NCBI RefSeq assembly: GCF_009914755.1
Contig: NC_060928.1
Reading direction: 5' to 3' (one strand)
DNA: 64,000 bases
Source: the human T2T-CHM13v2.0 reference genome, Homo sapiens
Positions within the stretch are counted from its first letter, which is position 1, and each line of letters opens with the position of its first letter. The notes beneath the pieces were generated by a model, which was given only the letters and a program-made list of their open reading frames with translations, had not been told where the DNA came from and made no database searches. A program made the position numbers and the translations under genes. Shown piece by piece: positions 1-15,060 of this stretch.

Positions 1-477
1 CAGGAACCTGGTACAAATACCCTTTTCTCTTTCCAATTTGGTTTCAAGATCTATACCACTATGCAATGCTGAACTATACGTGAAACTTGTGGCAGTTCTG
101 AAAGAAGAATGTGACAGTCTTTAGAGCTTTGGTTCCTTTAGCTCATCTATAGTGTGCTACATATGTGAGATAGTTAAATGTTAGTGAAAAAATGCTGTAG
201 TGATAGTAGAGTAGAAAAATGATAAAATAAGTTTAGGTTAAGAAATAGAAGCATACACAACTAAATAAATGGAATTCGAACACAATTTCCAAATATGTAA
301 AATAAATAAGGCTGTATTCCTCAAAAAGATGTTTTAAGCAATGGCACATTATAGACAACATACAGGCACTTCTATCACTGGAGCCATTTGTTTGTAGATC
401 CCAAGAGTTCTTTCTCTATATTTTTCCTTTTCCCTTGTTCTATGTTCATAAAGATTGCTAAAATAAAACAATAAGAA

Positions 478-680
478 AGCAGTATGATGTACTGGAAAAG
501 TTAAAAGATTTAAATTCTGGTCTCAGTTTTACTAGTTTTTAGTATTGTAACCCTAGCTTAACTCTTTAAGCCAGAGTTTCTTCAACTGTGAAATTAGGAA
601 TATAAGATACCTGTAACCTAGGGATATTGTAAAGATCTAATAATTATGTAAGAAAGTGACTATTGAAATGCCTAGCATAC
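478..680 (+). mobile_element. MIR
   Basis: Degenerate MIR core (agtttcttcaactgtgaaattaggaatataa). Confidence 0.55.
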
Positions 681-3124
681 TCTGTATATTAAATAACTTT
701 ATTTTTAATCATTCCTTCAATTTTGCTTGTACTGTCCTTGTCATTATGAAGTGAAACACCCTTCCTAAGCAATCTCAACCATTTCCATAGCAGCAGCTAC
801 CTATACTTTATGCTGGTGCTCAAATCTACATCATTGGTTCAGGGCTTTTTTCTGAACTTGTTTCTACTTGTAAGTGTCCCGCAAAAAGCTCAAACCCAAA
901 GTGAACTGTCTTTTCTTACTTTACCTCAAAATGTATCCTTCAGTAACCCGGGGATCGCCTTAGGGCTCTCTTTTTCTTTCACCTCCATTTCCAATATGTG
1001 GACAGGTTTTATCAGGTCTATCTTCTCAACATACCTTTAAAACATCATTGGTTTAGTCAGCATCTTTACCTCTTCCCCCAAGTCTTTGTTCAAGATCTTT
1101 GAACAAGATTTTCAATCTTGTTTTCCTTCAAATGAGTCTCACTGTCACCAAAGTAATTTGTCTAAAGACAAAGGTACAATCTTCTGGCGTCCTCATGGCA
1201 AACAGAATAAGATTTAAATTCTTTAGTTTGATATATAGACTCCCCAACATCTGCAGACATTTTTGAACTCATATGCCTCTTCCTCCACTGTAAGCTCTGG
1301 ATATCATGAGCCTGCAGTTGTCTACACATATTATACTGTCTCATGCTTTCTTGCTTCATCAGTTCTAGTCTTTCATGCCAGAATGGCCCTTCCACCTTAT
1401 GCCCAGCTCAGTTACTTTATCAGCCCATTTATGACCAGTTCATCTTTCCTAGTATCACTTAAGCATTACTCCAAGAAGCCCTCTCTAATACCCTCTCCCT
1501 ATATAGAACAAATCACCTTTTGTGTGACCTCTTCCTATAACTTCCAATTCATTTATGTTTACATGGTTGACTCCATTTCTGCTATTCAAGTTCCTTAAAG
1601 GTAACAACCGTATCTAATTCCTCATGGTGTATCCAGTCTGCATAGTCAGTTCAGGAGACAGATGCCACAATCAAAGTCTGTAATTTGAGGAGTGTTCAGT
1701 AATGAGACTTCTCTCAAAGAGTGTGGGCAGGAATTTGGGAAACCAATAAGGAATAAGATAGAATCGGAAAGCTAACATAGAGGGAAGCCATACTGAAGAG
1801 TAAGGGGAGGGAGTAATTACAGAACACAAAGAAGATAATTATATGGAGAGGGCTTCCTGGGGCCCAAGAGCTGTGGCATTTTCTACAGGGATGCTGCCAA
1901 CCTGAAGTAAACCCTGTAGGGAAAGTAACTAGGGCAATAAATACTCCTGCTTCAGTGTCCTCCCTCCGTGCCAGTATTTCCCATATTCTGAACGCAGTCC
2001 AGAAGCTGGAGGGAAATGCATGCAGGTTATTAATGTAGTCCATACAGTTAGCTTTTGGGGAATCTAGAGCACACTGAAACAACAACAAAAAATATATAGT
2101 ACAGAATTTAAAAGAGCTGACAGATCCTAATTGCTTAAAAGGTATATGTTGAATGAAAGTTCATTGAATTATTATTCATGTGTCTTTGAAACCTGTAAAA
2201 AATGGACAATAAAGAGTTAAACACAAATGCTCTGAAATAGCATTTCTGCCAGCTTTATACAGGATTACGTTGTGCAGCCACTTAGCTGCTTCAGCAGAGA
2301 AATGCTTTAAAGGGAAAGAACAGGAAGCACTGGAGAAAAAGGTTTTGTCATATTTCCTGGGGGAGAAGTGTATTCCTGGTGGTGCTACCCAGAAGGTGGT
2401 CTTTTCTAACAAAAAGGTGATGTTTGTGGAGGATAGATGGAAAAAAAATTAGGAAGGCCTGCATACAAACACAAATAAACGAGTAGACATAACAAAAGTG
2501 ATGTCTAAATAAGAATACCAACAGCACAGGGATAAAAAGAAGTGAGTTTTAGTGACAGGTAGAGAAAAGCAGCAGCAGCATGACTAGAAAGGAAGGAGAA
2601 AATGGAGAAATAAAGTGAGATAATAAGGATTTACTGCAAGGAAAACAGGCAGTAGTATCAGGAGGAAAATGAGATATCTGCAGAAGGAATCTGTAAATCG
2701 CCCACAAAACTCATAACAACTGTGAGAGCCTCGGAATAGCATGTCTGCCAGCTTGGAAAGATTGTCCAGGAAATGACAGTCTGCTCACCCAGCAGGATCT
2801 GCAAGGACAATGAAGGCTCTTCAGGAAAACAACAAAATAAGGCCAAAAGAAGAGAAAAAATGGTTTGAGACCCACACTATTCAAATCCAGACTAATGAAT
2901 TCCTAACAATTAGTTAGAGATGTCTCTCATTAACTGTACATATACAAATTAATTCTTTGCTAAACTGATTATCATTTTAACATTCTGTGTATATGAAACT
3001 AGCTTCGAATAAATCAAATTGTCGATTAAGCTTCTAATCATTAGGTGTCAAAATATCCCAGCCAGGTATTGTCGATGAAAAAAATACATGACTTCATGGA
3101 AGTTAGAAACGAAAAGTTATATGA

Positions 3125-3385
3125 GGCAGTGTGACACAGTGCTCAAGAATGTAAGCTTCGATATCAAACATACATTTATGTCAATTCTTGCTCTACCACA
3201 TAGGAGATACATTAATTGTGTTTTAGTCTTAGTTTCTTCTTTTGTAAAATGGAGATAGTGCTTATTCTTCCTTCACAGGTTTCATATGATAATTACAAGA
3301 GTTAAGACACTTTAAATCATACATAGTTAATACATATTAACACAGGGCCTGGCACACATTAATTGTTCAAATCCTGAATTATTAC
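3125..3385 (+). mobile_element. MIR
   Basis: ggcagtgtgacacagtg...agtttcttcttttgtaaaatggagatagt...cctggcacac. Confidence 0.7.
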
Positions 3386-3497
3386 TATTTCTGATGGAGC
3401 CTACTTTTTATTTGATTTGCATGAGGTTGAAAGGAAACTTTTGAAAACTTTTACATTTTGAGGATTGTAAAATATTGTGCAAATTTAAGATGTCATT

Positions 3498-3831
<334 letters not shown>

Positions 3832-5144
3832 TTATAATATGGGGGAGTGACTGAAAATGTAGCTTAATGATGGCAATTTTTAGCACATCAAGATGCCATA
3901 CTTAGATTGTATTGTTGTGCCATTACATTGTATTATAATTACAGGGAAAGATAAATAAAGGATATTATTTTAGGAATTAACTACATATTAGTCAAACTAT
4001 AATGTCATAATATCCAGTTATCCCAGTTTTTTTAATCATATTTTTCTTCAGTGATATGGTTTGAAAAAAATAAAATATAGAGGAGCATATCATATTTTTA
4101 TTATCTAAATCATATTAAAAATTTCAAGAGTCATTCTACTTTACAAAGTTACTTTAAAGTGTTAGACACATAGTGGGTGCTTAATGAATGTTAAAATTTT
4201 TTGACTAAATAGATGAGGCTTATTTTGATCAAAATTTTGGTATAAGTTAGGAATCATGCATGTGGAAATAAGATCTTAGTGATTAATCATTTTTAACCAG
4301 ATGAAAGTCTTTGTAAATATAACTAATGTACCTAGATGAAAAATGAACAGGTTTTGAATATTGAATTAATGGGTTTGAGCTGAGAAAAGAATTATAACAC
4401 ATTCCACATTTGTATACCACACCACTTCCCAACTACCTCCAACAAAAAAGATGAAAGTTAGGTCAAAAATTATTCTTGCTTAAAATAATACTTATCACTG
4501 TGGAATATCTTTGCCTTAACTCTGAAAAGTATGATTTTTGAGTCAAATAATTCTATCTTTATTTCTATTTATTTATTTCTATTCTTTATTTCTATTTTCT
4601 CTAGAGTAATTGTAGAAAATGTTTGAGAAACATCCTTGTTTAATCAGAAAAAAAGCAAAATAATGAATTAATTCTGGAGTACTTAAGTAGAAATCATTGA
4701 TGCCACAGTGTGCTCAGGGCACTAGATATGCCTCCTTGGTGATTTTCATAGTTCTTGCAACAAAACTTTTAAAATATGAAGAAACTTGAAGTCAAATATT
4801 TGAGCTATTTTAATCTAGAACTGAACTGTATATATTCTGTATCTAGAACATCCATAAAATTAATTCAAAGCCATCTTCTATGCCAATGCCCCTGCATAAA
4901 ATGACACACTACACTCCCTCTTCACTAACAATGACTCACTTTAGCAGTGACGTTACTTCTGAGTTTCAGGTGTAGGAAGATAAGCAAATGGATACGTTGT
5001 TTTTAAAGAACCCCAAGTGGTTCTACTCAGTTTTACTTCTTACCATCTCCCTCCTGAGAATCTCTGGATGGAAAATGAGAATTGCAATGATGTTAAATGG
5101 GAAATACATCTTCTGAAACACACACACACACACAATATTTCTCT

Positions 5145-5392
5145 TCGTAAAGCTAAAATTAACTGAGCACTTTTTGTTAGACATATTTTGACTACTTTAA
5201 ATGCATTGTCTTGTTTGAACTTCAAGATAGCCTTAAGAAGTTGACATTATTTCCAACTTTACAGGTGAAGTGCCCAGACACAGTGAGGTTAAAATACTTA
5301 ACTAAGACTGTAGAGTAAGTTAGTGGTTGAACTGAGGTGTGAACCTATGCTATCTGGTTTTAGAGCTTATACTCTAAACCATGAGGCTATGT
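5145..5392 (-). mobile_element. MIR
   Basis: ttttacaggtgaa...cagtgaggttaaa...gaacctatgctatctgg...taaaccat. Confidence 0.65.
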
Positions 5393-6759
5393 TGCAAAGA
5401 AAATGTATTTTGGCTAAAATATAAACAAATCTGATTTTTTACATAAAATGCATAATTTTGTTGTTTGATACCACTCTGTTCTTGCTTGTGCTGCCAAGCC
5501 TGCCCTTCTACTTCTTTCCTTGCTCAACTTCTATCCATCCTCCAAGACTCACCTTAGTTACAACCTGCTTCAAGACCTCCATGGAACAAACAAAAGGCTC
5601 TAGGCCTCCACATATAACTCCATCAGAGTTCTTTATTCATTCCTTCTCCAACGAAGTTATCACAGGTATCATGCGTCAAGCTCTGTGCTAGACATATACA
5701 TCATTTAAATTGCTCATTTAAAAAAATCTCTAGTTTTGATGGCAGGGTTTTATTAAATTTTGCCTCTCTGGAGCCTGGCAAAATGGCTGGCACATAGACT
5801 GCTTATTATTTCTAAAACTGAAATAAAGATTAATATGTTGTATCTAGTTACATCAATATCAATGATCCACAGTAATAGATAAGGCTTTTCCAGAATACCA
5901 GAGAGTGTAGGCAGAGATTCAGACAGAACTCTAGGCCTCTGCTGTAGCCAGTTTCCTGTAATTTGTTTAATTAGTATGATCAACATTTTCAAGTGCTTCT
6001 ATGTGTCAGGTCCTATGTTAGGCACAGAAGAGAATACAGGTTCCAAAAATGAATAAGGTTTATTCTCAGCCCACAAGGAGTATATAGTCCAGTGGAAGAA
6101 ATAGAGTATATACTGGGCTATTTTAAATGAGTGTGATAAAGACCACCATAATACAGTTACAAGAAAAAAATCACTCTGAATTGAAGTGACTTAAGAGTGC
6201 TTCTAAGAAAAGCAGCCTTCTGGATTGCAACTTAGAACTCTGCTTGGTTCCAAAGGGAACTTCAGGAACAGAGAAGACCCTCAATAGAAACATTGTAGAG
6301 GAATAATATTTTGAGATATTAACTATGATGTGCTTCCTGTAATATATTTTATCTTACTTTTTGTCCCCTTTCCTATTCTCCTGCCCACATTAGGGGAGAG
6401 ATATCACAATATGCAAAGAAAACCCTCTTTATTTTCAAAACCCAAAGCCTTTAAATCTCAAAACGCAAGGATTTTGCAGTGGAAGAAGCTAAGCCCTGAA
6501 CCATTAAAGGCATAAGGTTTATTCCATAAACAAGGAATAAAGAACCAGACCTCCCTACACAGACTACACAAGGATTCCACTAAGTGAAATGAAAAGTAAC
6601 CCAGGAGGAAGCTAGGGCTTAGATGCTGGTAGGTTTCTGGAAAGAACCCCTAATTCTGATCTACCCTAACTTTGGAAGGTATAATTAAATGCCTAGATAG
6701 GACTGAGATACCCAAACCAAGATGGGACCTATTTAAACCTAAAAATAAGAATAGTAAGA

Positions 6760-6961
6760 TCTAGCCTTGATCAAGCACTTAATAAGGCCAGGCATTATTC
6801 TTACCAAATTTTATTTGAGTAATAACCAGATTATGAAGGAATTATCACTCAGTTTCACCATTTTGTGATGACAAAACCAGGTCACAGAGAAGTAATTTGC
6901 CTAAAGTCCCTCAATTAGAAATAGCAGAGTTACTATTTGAACCACGGAAGTCTGACTCTAG
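6760..6961 (-). mobile_element. MIR fragment (continues briefly after 7661)
   Basis: cattttgtgatgacaaaacc..gtcacagagaagtaatttgcctaaagtc..tttgaacc..gtctgactc core. Confidence 0.65.
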
Positions 6962-6965
6962 ATAG

Positions 6966-7657
6966 TGAAAGGGCCAAGGCAATGCTTTCCTTCTGCCCTC
7001 TAGAGGTTTGCTGAAAGTAAGCTGACAATAGACAGATTCATAGGAGAAAAAGGCATACAAAATGTATTTAAAGCAGACTAACATAGAGCCATACACAAAA
7101 TATAGGTTTTAAAGAGGGGCCATATGGCTGAGGCTTTCAAAATTTCTATATTTGGGAGAGATGTAGAGAGACTTTATTTTGCAAATAATACTCTTGGGAA
7201 GCTGGATGAGACTGACAAGTTAGGGAAACCTAGAGGTGGAACTACACAGGAACAAAGGTTGTCTTTTTATGCAGATACGATTTCTTAGGTAGTCTCTTGA
7301 AGAAGCTGCTCTCAGAAGAATAGATGAAAATCTGTCTGGGTGTAGTGATGACTTTTAGTTATCTTCTCTCCAGTGATTATTGTTTCCTGGTTTTTTTTTT
7401 GTTTGTTTGTTTATTTGTTTGTTTTGATGAGATTCTTAGAGAAGCAGTGTCTCAATGCAATTATATTTCTTTAGGAAAGTTAATTACCTAGTCAGATAAG
7501 GAAATTCCAGAGAAAGTTTCTCCTGGTGCTTCAGGAAAGTAAGAGCATCAGAGAGACAGGGGGCCTGGGAGAAGTCAGAGAGAGATCTTAAGGCTGCCTC
7601 TTTGGTTCAGCATGCCAAAGCACCGTGTTTTGGGGTATCATTTTCTGAGCCTCAACA
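6966..7657 (-). mobile_element. Solo ERV1 LTR (MER4/MER34/MER39-group) inserted into a MIR
   Basis: TG...CA termini; 4-bp TSD ATAG (6962-6965 and 7658-7661); the minus-strand start TGTTGAGGCTCAGAAAATGATACCCCAAAA is typical of this group. Confidence 0.75.
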
Positions 7658-8071
7658 ATAGGCCTCAAAATCACTGTGCTAACTGAGGAAAACAGAATTA
7701 CCTAAGATTTCATTTCTAACACCAGCTAGGATGAAAGATCAACATGAAAACAATGAGTTCAGTTATGAAAAAAAGAAACAAGTTATCTTTTTTTGTTGAA
7801 TAACTGAACTGTGGACATAATCGTAATGAGAGCTTTTCCATGAATGACTTTTTAATCTCTCCAAATGGTTCTGTGAGTGTAACTATTATTATCAATTTAA
7901 ATATGAAAAAGTAGATCACATATGTAAATTCATCTGAAATTTCATGATTAGTATGTAGCTCAGCAGTATTTGTACTCATGCAATTTGACTCCCAAATCTA
8001 TGTTCTCAATCACTATACCATCGATGTGCTAAATAAATGGTCACAGCAGTGTACATAAAAATGTTCTGCTT

Positions 8072-8351
8072 GGCCGGGAGCATGGTTCATGCCTGTAAGC
8101 CCAGCACTTTGGGAGGCCGAGGTGGGCAGATCACGAGGTCAGGAGATCAAGACCATCCCGGCTAACACGGTGAAACCCCATCTCTACTAAAAATACAAAA
8201 AATTAGCCGGGCATAGCAGTGGGCACCTGTAGTCCCAGCTACTCAGGAGGCTGAGGCAGGAGAATTGCTTGAACCCAGGAGGTAGAGCTTGCAGTTAGCC
8301 AAGATCACACCACTGCACTACAGCCTAGGCAACAAGAGTGAAACTCTGTCT
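8072..8351 (+). mobile_element. Alu (AluSc/Y-like) whose tail has expanded into (GAAAA)n
   Basis: GATCACGAGGTCAGGAGATCAAGACCATCC..GCTAACACGG diagnostic of Sc/Y; full dimer. Confidence 0.93.
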
Positions 8352-8580
8352 AAAAAATAAATTAAAAAAGAAAAAAGAGAAGAAAAAAAAGAAAAGGAAA
8401 GGAAAAAGAAAAGAAAAGAAAAGAAAAAAAAGAAAAGAAAAGAAAAGAAAAGAAAGAAAAGAAAAGAAAAGAAAAGAAAACAAAAGAAAACAAAAGAAAA
8501 GAAAAGAAAAAAAGAAAAGAAAAGAAAAGAAAAGAAAAGAAAAGAAAAGAAAAGAAAAAGAAAAGAAAAGAAAAGAAAAG
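8352..8580 (+). repeat. ~230-bp imperfect (GAAAA)n polypurine tract
   Basis: Directly visible; almost exclusively A and G. Confidence 0.97.
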
Positions 8581-8589
8581 TGCTGCTCA

Positions 8590-8903
8590 GTCCAGGCACG
8601 GTGGCTCATGCCTGTAATCCCAGCATTTTGGGAGGCCGAGGCGGGTGAATTACCTGAGGTTAAGAGCTCAAGACCAGCCTGGCCCAACATGGCGAAACCC
8701 CGTCTCTAATAAAAAATACAAAAATTAGCTGGGTGTGGTGGTGGGTGCCTGTAATCCCAGGTACCTCGTAGGCTGAGGCAGGGAGAATTGTTTGAATGCG
8801 GGAAGCGGAGGCTGCAGTGAGCCAAGATCCAGCCACTGCACTCCAGCCTGGGCAACAGAGTGAGACTCCATCTCAAAACAAAACAAAACAAAACAAACAA
8901 AAA
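8590..8903 (+). mobile_element. Alu (AluSx-like) with (CAAAA)n tail
   Basis: Full dimer immediately after the GAAAA tract. Confidence 0.93.
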
Positions 8904-8929
8904 CTGTGCTGCTTAGATTTCCTGCTATA

Positions 8930-10586
<1,657 letters not shown>

Positions 10587-12629
10587 AAAAGTAAACACAG
10601 CCATAGTTTCTATAAGAGAAAAATGGGAAATGAGGCTGAAAACTAAGCTCTGGATCTGGTTTCGCACCATAAACGCAGGCTGAGGAATCATGTCTTAACC
10701 TAGTGAGAAAACTGGTGAGATTTATAGTTAGCATTTAACATAAACAAAATTTGTTGTCAGTATCATAATTTGGGCCCAAGGGCAGGGAAATTAAAAAAAG
10801 GGTTAGAAACCAAACATTTGAAACTTGCTTAAAATTTCAAAAATGTGAGGTAATAATGCAATAGTGTTTAGTGTAGATGTATGAGATAGTTATATTAAAA
10901 AGCTTGACTAAGCAATGGCACATAAAGGAGCTCAATAAGTCTCTCTCTCTCTCTCTTTTTTTTTTCTTTTGCTTTGCTTTGGACCTATTTGAGAAATGTG
11001 AAGGCCCAGTTAGGAGGTTTTTTCATTTACTCCAATTAGCACTGCCCTGGTAAAATAAAAGAGATTGGACAAGAGTCCATTTAAGTTAAGGAAATGTTAC
11101 CAGATTGTATATGAAAAGTTAACACATTTGCAAATGAACGTCCTGTCACCACAGATCTGTTGATGCCTGACAAATTACGATTAAGTAACAATTAATGGGG
11201 TACTATTTGCCATTGGATAAAAAATATTTCCAGGGCTGAAGTTGGGGTGCAAGGGAGATCTCAACAGGGTAGGCTTCTTTCAAAGTTGTTAAAGTTTGTT
11301 CAGTTTAGTTTAGTTTTTTTTGTTTCCCCTCAGTACTTTCCATTTTTTTCTTTTACAAAATGCATAATTTATAAATATATCAATTTTTTTAAAGCAAAAT
11401 AAATTGAAATTCAGTCATGCTGATACCATCAACCTTTAATATAGATAAGGCTTATTCAGATGTATGCTTGTTTGGTGTCCACTTTTTTTGGAGAAATATT
11501 TTGAAAAAAATCATATTTTATGTAGTTACATAAGTTTGTGACACTTGCATTTTGTGATATGAACTCTAAAAAGTTACCTTTTCTGGGATGAATAATGTAG
11601 TTGACCCACTTAGGTGACTTTTCATCCTGAAGAGAAGGTGTACAAGTGAGTGATTATTAACTTAAAGTAAATATTATGGACCAATAAAAATAGCAGTAGC
11701 TATATTTGAACTATCCACTATTAAATGTTATAAGAATCCTTTCTGTCAATCAATTAGGCCTTTAAGATGTACATGTTTAATGTTATCAATGCTGTAAACA
11801 TAAAAGTCTCCATTTTAGGATGCCATTTCTTTTTAAAAATCAGTGTTTATGTAATGTATGCATGTGTGCATGCCTGTGTGTGTATTATACTAATGAGTCA
11901 GGAATTAACAATTTGAAAATTGTAAATATAAATATAGATCCATTAAATCTAACCTTTTCAAAAAAAATCTGTTTTATTTAGTTTGAAAGCATTCATTATC
12001 ACAAACAAAAGAAACCATGAATTTCTTACAGGTATATTTAAATGTTATACTTCATAGATTTCATGATAATGTCCATTGGATCAAACTTTTCATGTTATCT
12101 GTAACAAAGTTCTGCCTATTTTAATCCAAAAAAAGTCTCTTAACTGTTTGAATATAAAGAGAAACGTAACTCAGAATTCAATAAATTATTCTTTCTTTGC
12201 ATTACCTATTTTAGATGTTTTATTTGTATTCATACATTTATAATCCATTTGTCTATATTAATATAAAAGGCCAAATTATCTTAGATTATACAGTTATTTT
12301 CTCTATTCTCAATTGGAAAGCAAGAGGGAACAACCTTCATGTGTTCACAAGAGCCAAATATAAGCCATATCTTTATAAAGCAAACATCTTCTTTTAGTTA
12401 TTTTTTTCTATGTTAAATACTGACATGTTGGGCAACAATTAGAGTATAGATTCAAACACTTGAGAATACTGCTTTGTTTCTCCAACAATATCATAGGCTC
12501 CAGTTGCTGTGTAGTTACTTCCTCTTTCTCTACTTAATAAATTAAAAAATAATAAAATAATAAAAAATAAAAAATTAAATTTTTTAAAAGAAATTTAAGT
12601 GCCAGGCACATTGTGAGTTTCTATTTCCT

Positions 12630-13175
12630 CATGTAGTGGACAGTTACTGTGATTGCCTGCCCTGCATATACTCCTCCTTATTGTGGTAACAACTCTCTAC
12701 TTTTTCTCTATACACTGGCCATCCTCTCTTGCCAGTTCTGTTGGGTCAGGTGGGCTGGTTTCACACCCCTAGCTCTGTGGGGAGGGAGTGAGCATATTCC
12801 CCTCACCTGTCCTGCTTGAAGACTGCATTCTGTCTCCTTGGATCAGTGATTCAGGGATAGGTAAAACATTTATGATGAGCCAAATGAGGATTTTTTTTTT
12901 CTCTCTCTCTCAGAAACCTTTTGCTGAGTTGCAACTGAAATATGGTATGACTGGAACTGCTGTTGACCATGTTGTCACTGAGAGTGAGACTCTGCCTGAA
13001 AATGATACTAAAAAGAGTAAAGCACAGGTGAGGGACAGAGGGAAAGACACCTGACAATATCTCCTTAACACCCAGACTCAGCCTTGCCGATTACTGGGCT
13101 TTTCGGTTACACAGGTCAGTAAGTTCTTATTTTTTTTTAAGCCAATTTACTTAAAAGTGTCATTTACTACTTAAA
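12630..13175 (+). mobile_element. MaLR LTR (MLT1-type)
   Basis: 3' end pattern ...ttttcggttacacaggtcagtaagttc...taagccaattt...catttact, typical of MLT1J/K-like LTRs. Confidence 0.5.
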
Positions 13176-14919
13176 GAGGCCATTTTAATTAGGTTCATCT
13201 GTAGAGAATAAGACAAAAAAAAGACCAGGAAATGATACCTAAACAAACTTCAGTGGAATTACAGCCATCTCTGTTAAAACACTTCAGGCTAGGTATATTT
13301 TTCATGTGGTAAAGTAGCATGAAGTCAAATGCTTTCCTTGCTTCCTTATGGCCCAATGGAAGTTGACATCTGTCAGTCAAACAAGCCACACATGCCTGAA
13401 TGACCAAACATTATGTAAAAGGGACCTGAACTGCTAAAGGAATTGTTGTCTTTATTTTCCAAGGATCGTCTGACATCTGCTTTTTAAATTAGAACCAAGT
13501 CATTCAAAAACTTAGTTTTCCACTTTATACATGTGAGTTTGCTACACCCATTCTTTCATATCAAATATTATGTAGCATTACTTCAAAGTACCTTTTGTGT
13601 ACTGGATTTTCTCTTCTTTTCCCCATCCTATTTCAGTTTGGGGGATTTCTAGAGACATTTCTTCATGGTCGTGGATTCTTCTTTCCTCAGCTGCGTCACT
13701 GAAGGCATTCTTAATCTGTTACTGTGTGTTTCATTTCTAATATTCCTATTTGAGCTTTCCTCATCATCTCCATCTCTCTGCCGAAGTTGCCAATCAGGTC
13801 TTGCATGTTGTTCCTCTTTTCAATTAGAGCCGATGTTTAGGTACATCGGCTTTTCTTGGTAAGTTGGGATACAACATGTCTCTTCTTTTTGTAGATGCCT
13901 TTTCTTAGGTTTGGGGCCAGTTGGTGTCATGTGACATCAGCACTCTCATAGACTCAAGAAAAGTCATGAATTTGCTGTTTGTCTAGGTTGTTTCATTGTA
14001 AAGTTGGTAGTGATACTCTCTAACCCCCTATATACCGAAGTGGAAGCAAGCTCATGTATGCAGGATTTAGTTTTGACCTTTTCAACAAAAAAAAAAACAT
14101 ATTAAGCCAGCTAGCACTACCAGCCATGGTTTACCTTCTCCAATTTTGCCATCTTTGTCTTCATAGCAATGTTGGTATAACCATTTATGTATTGAGTTAC
14201 ATATAGTTTTATTATCTGATAAAACAGTGGCATAAAATAGGAAAATAATTTTACTGTCCCAAAAATAATAAGAATTTTCTCATGAGCATAAAGTAATTGA
14301 GTTAAAGATGAACAACATTAAAGTGTGCTGAAACTAGTAAACCTTTGGCTTCAATCATACTCATTAGGCTGAATCAAGCAAAGTGTAGGTTCAATCATGA
14401 GGCAGCAAATACAATGAAAGAATCTGTGTAAAATGCATGTTAAAGTTGGTGGCTAAAATTTGATTTGTATTTTAGGATGTTTGATCTTGTCTTAGTTCTC
14501 TGAAAACAGAACTTTTCATATATAAACCTACTGCTCATCTTCTACACAATCAACATTTGCACACATTTCTATAAGGAATAGCGTGATCATAATGGATAGA
14601 ATTTTGCTGAAAAGGTTATCAAACTCATCATAAATCATTTTCTTCATCCCAGAAATAGTATTGTGTTCATGTAGACTCAATCATAGACATAATGGTATTG
14701 TGTCTGCCTGTGTGTTGTATGTGTGTGTTTATGCATATACATGACTAATTAATAAAAATAGGTCTTTCAAGTTAACCAAATAGGGTTATCATACAATTAT
14801 ACAGAAATTAATGATCCTATTAGAATTCCAGCTAAGATCTCAGTTTTCTGCCTCCTCCCTCCTGCTGCGTCCTTGTCTATTAACCCTTCAATATAACATG
14901 ATGTAGGAGACACATATTA

Positions 14920-15060
14920 TTTCCTTCCTTCCTTCTGTCTTTTCTTCCCTCTTGTTCTCTCTCCTTCCCTCTTCCTTCTCTTTCCTTTATTTTCTCTTTC
15001 TTCCGTTTATCCCTTTTAGTCTTTTCTTCCTTCTTTGCTTCCTTTCATTCGTTTTTTTCC
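14920..15060 (+). repeat. CT-rich low-complexity tract
   Basis: Directly visible. Confidence 0.8.

Noticed and set aside
8318-8709. Lys/Arg-rich 123-aa ORF and Phe/Ser-rich antisense ORFs
   Set aside because: They are translations of the (GAAAA)n tract and Alu sequence.
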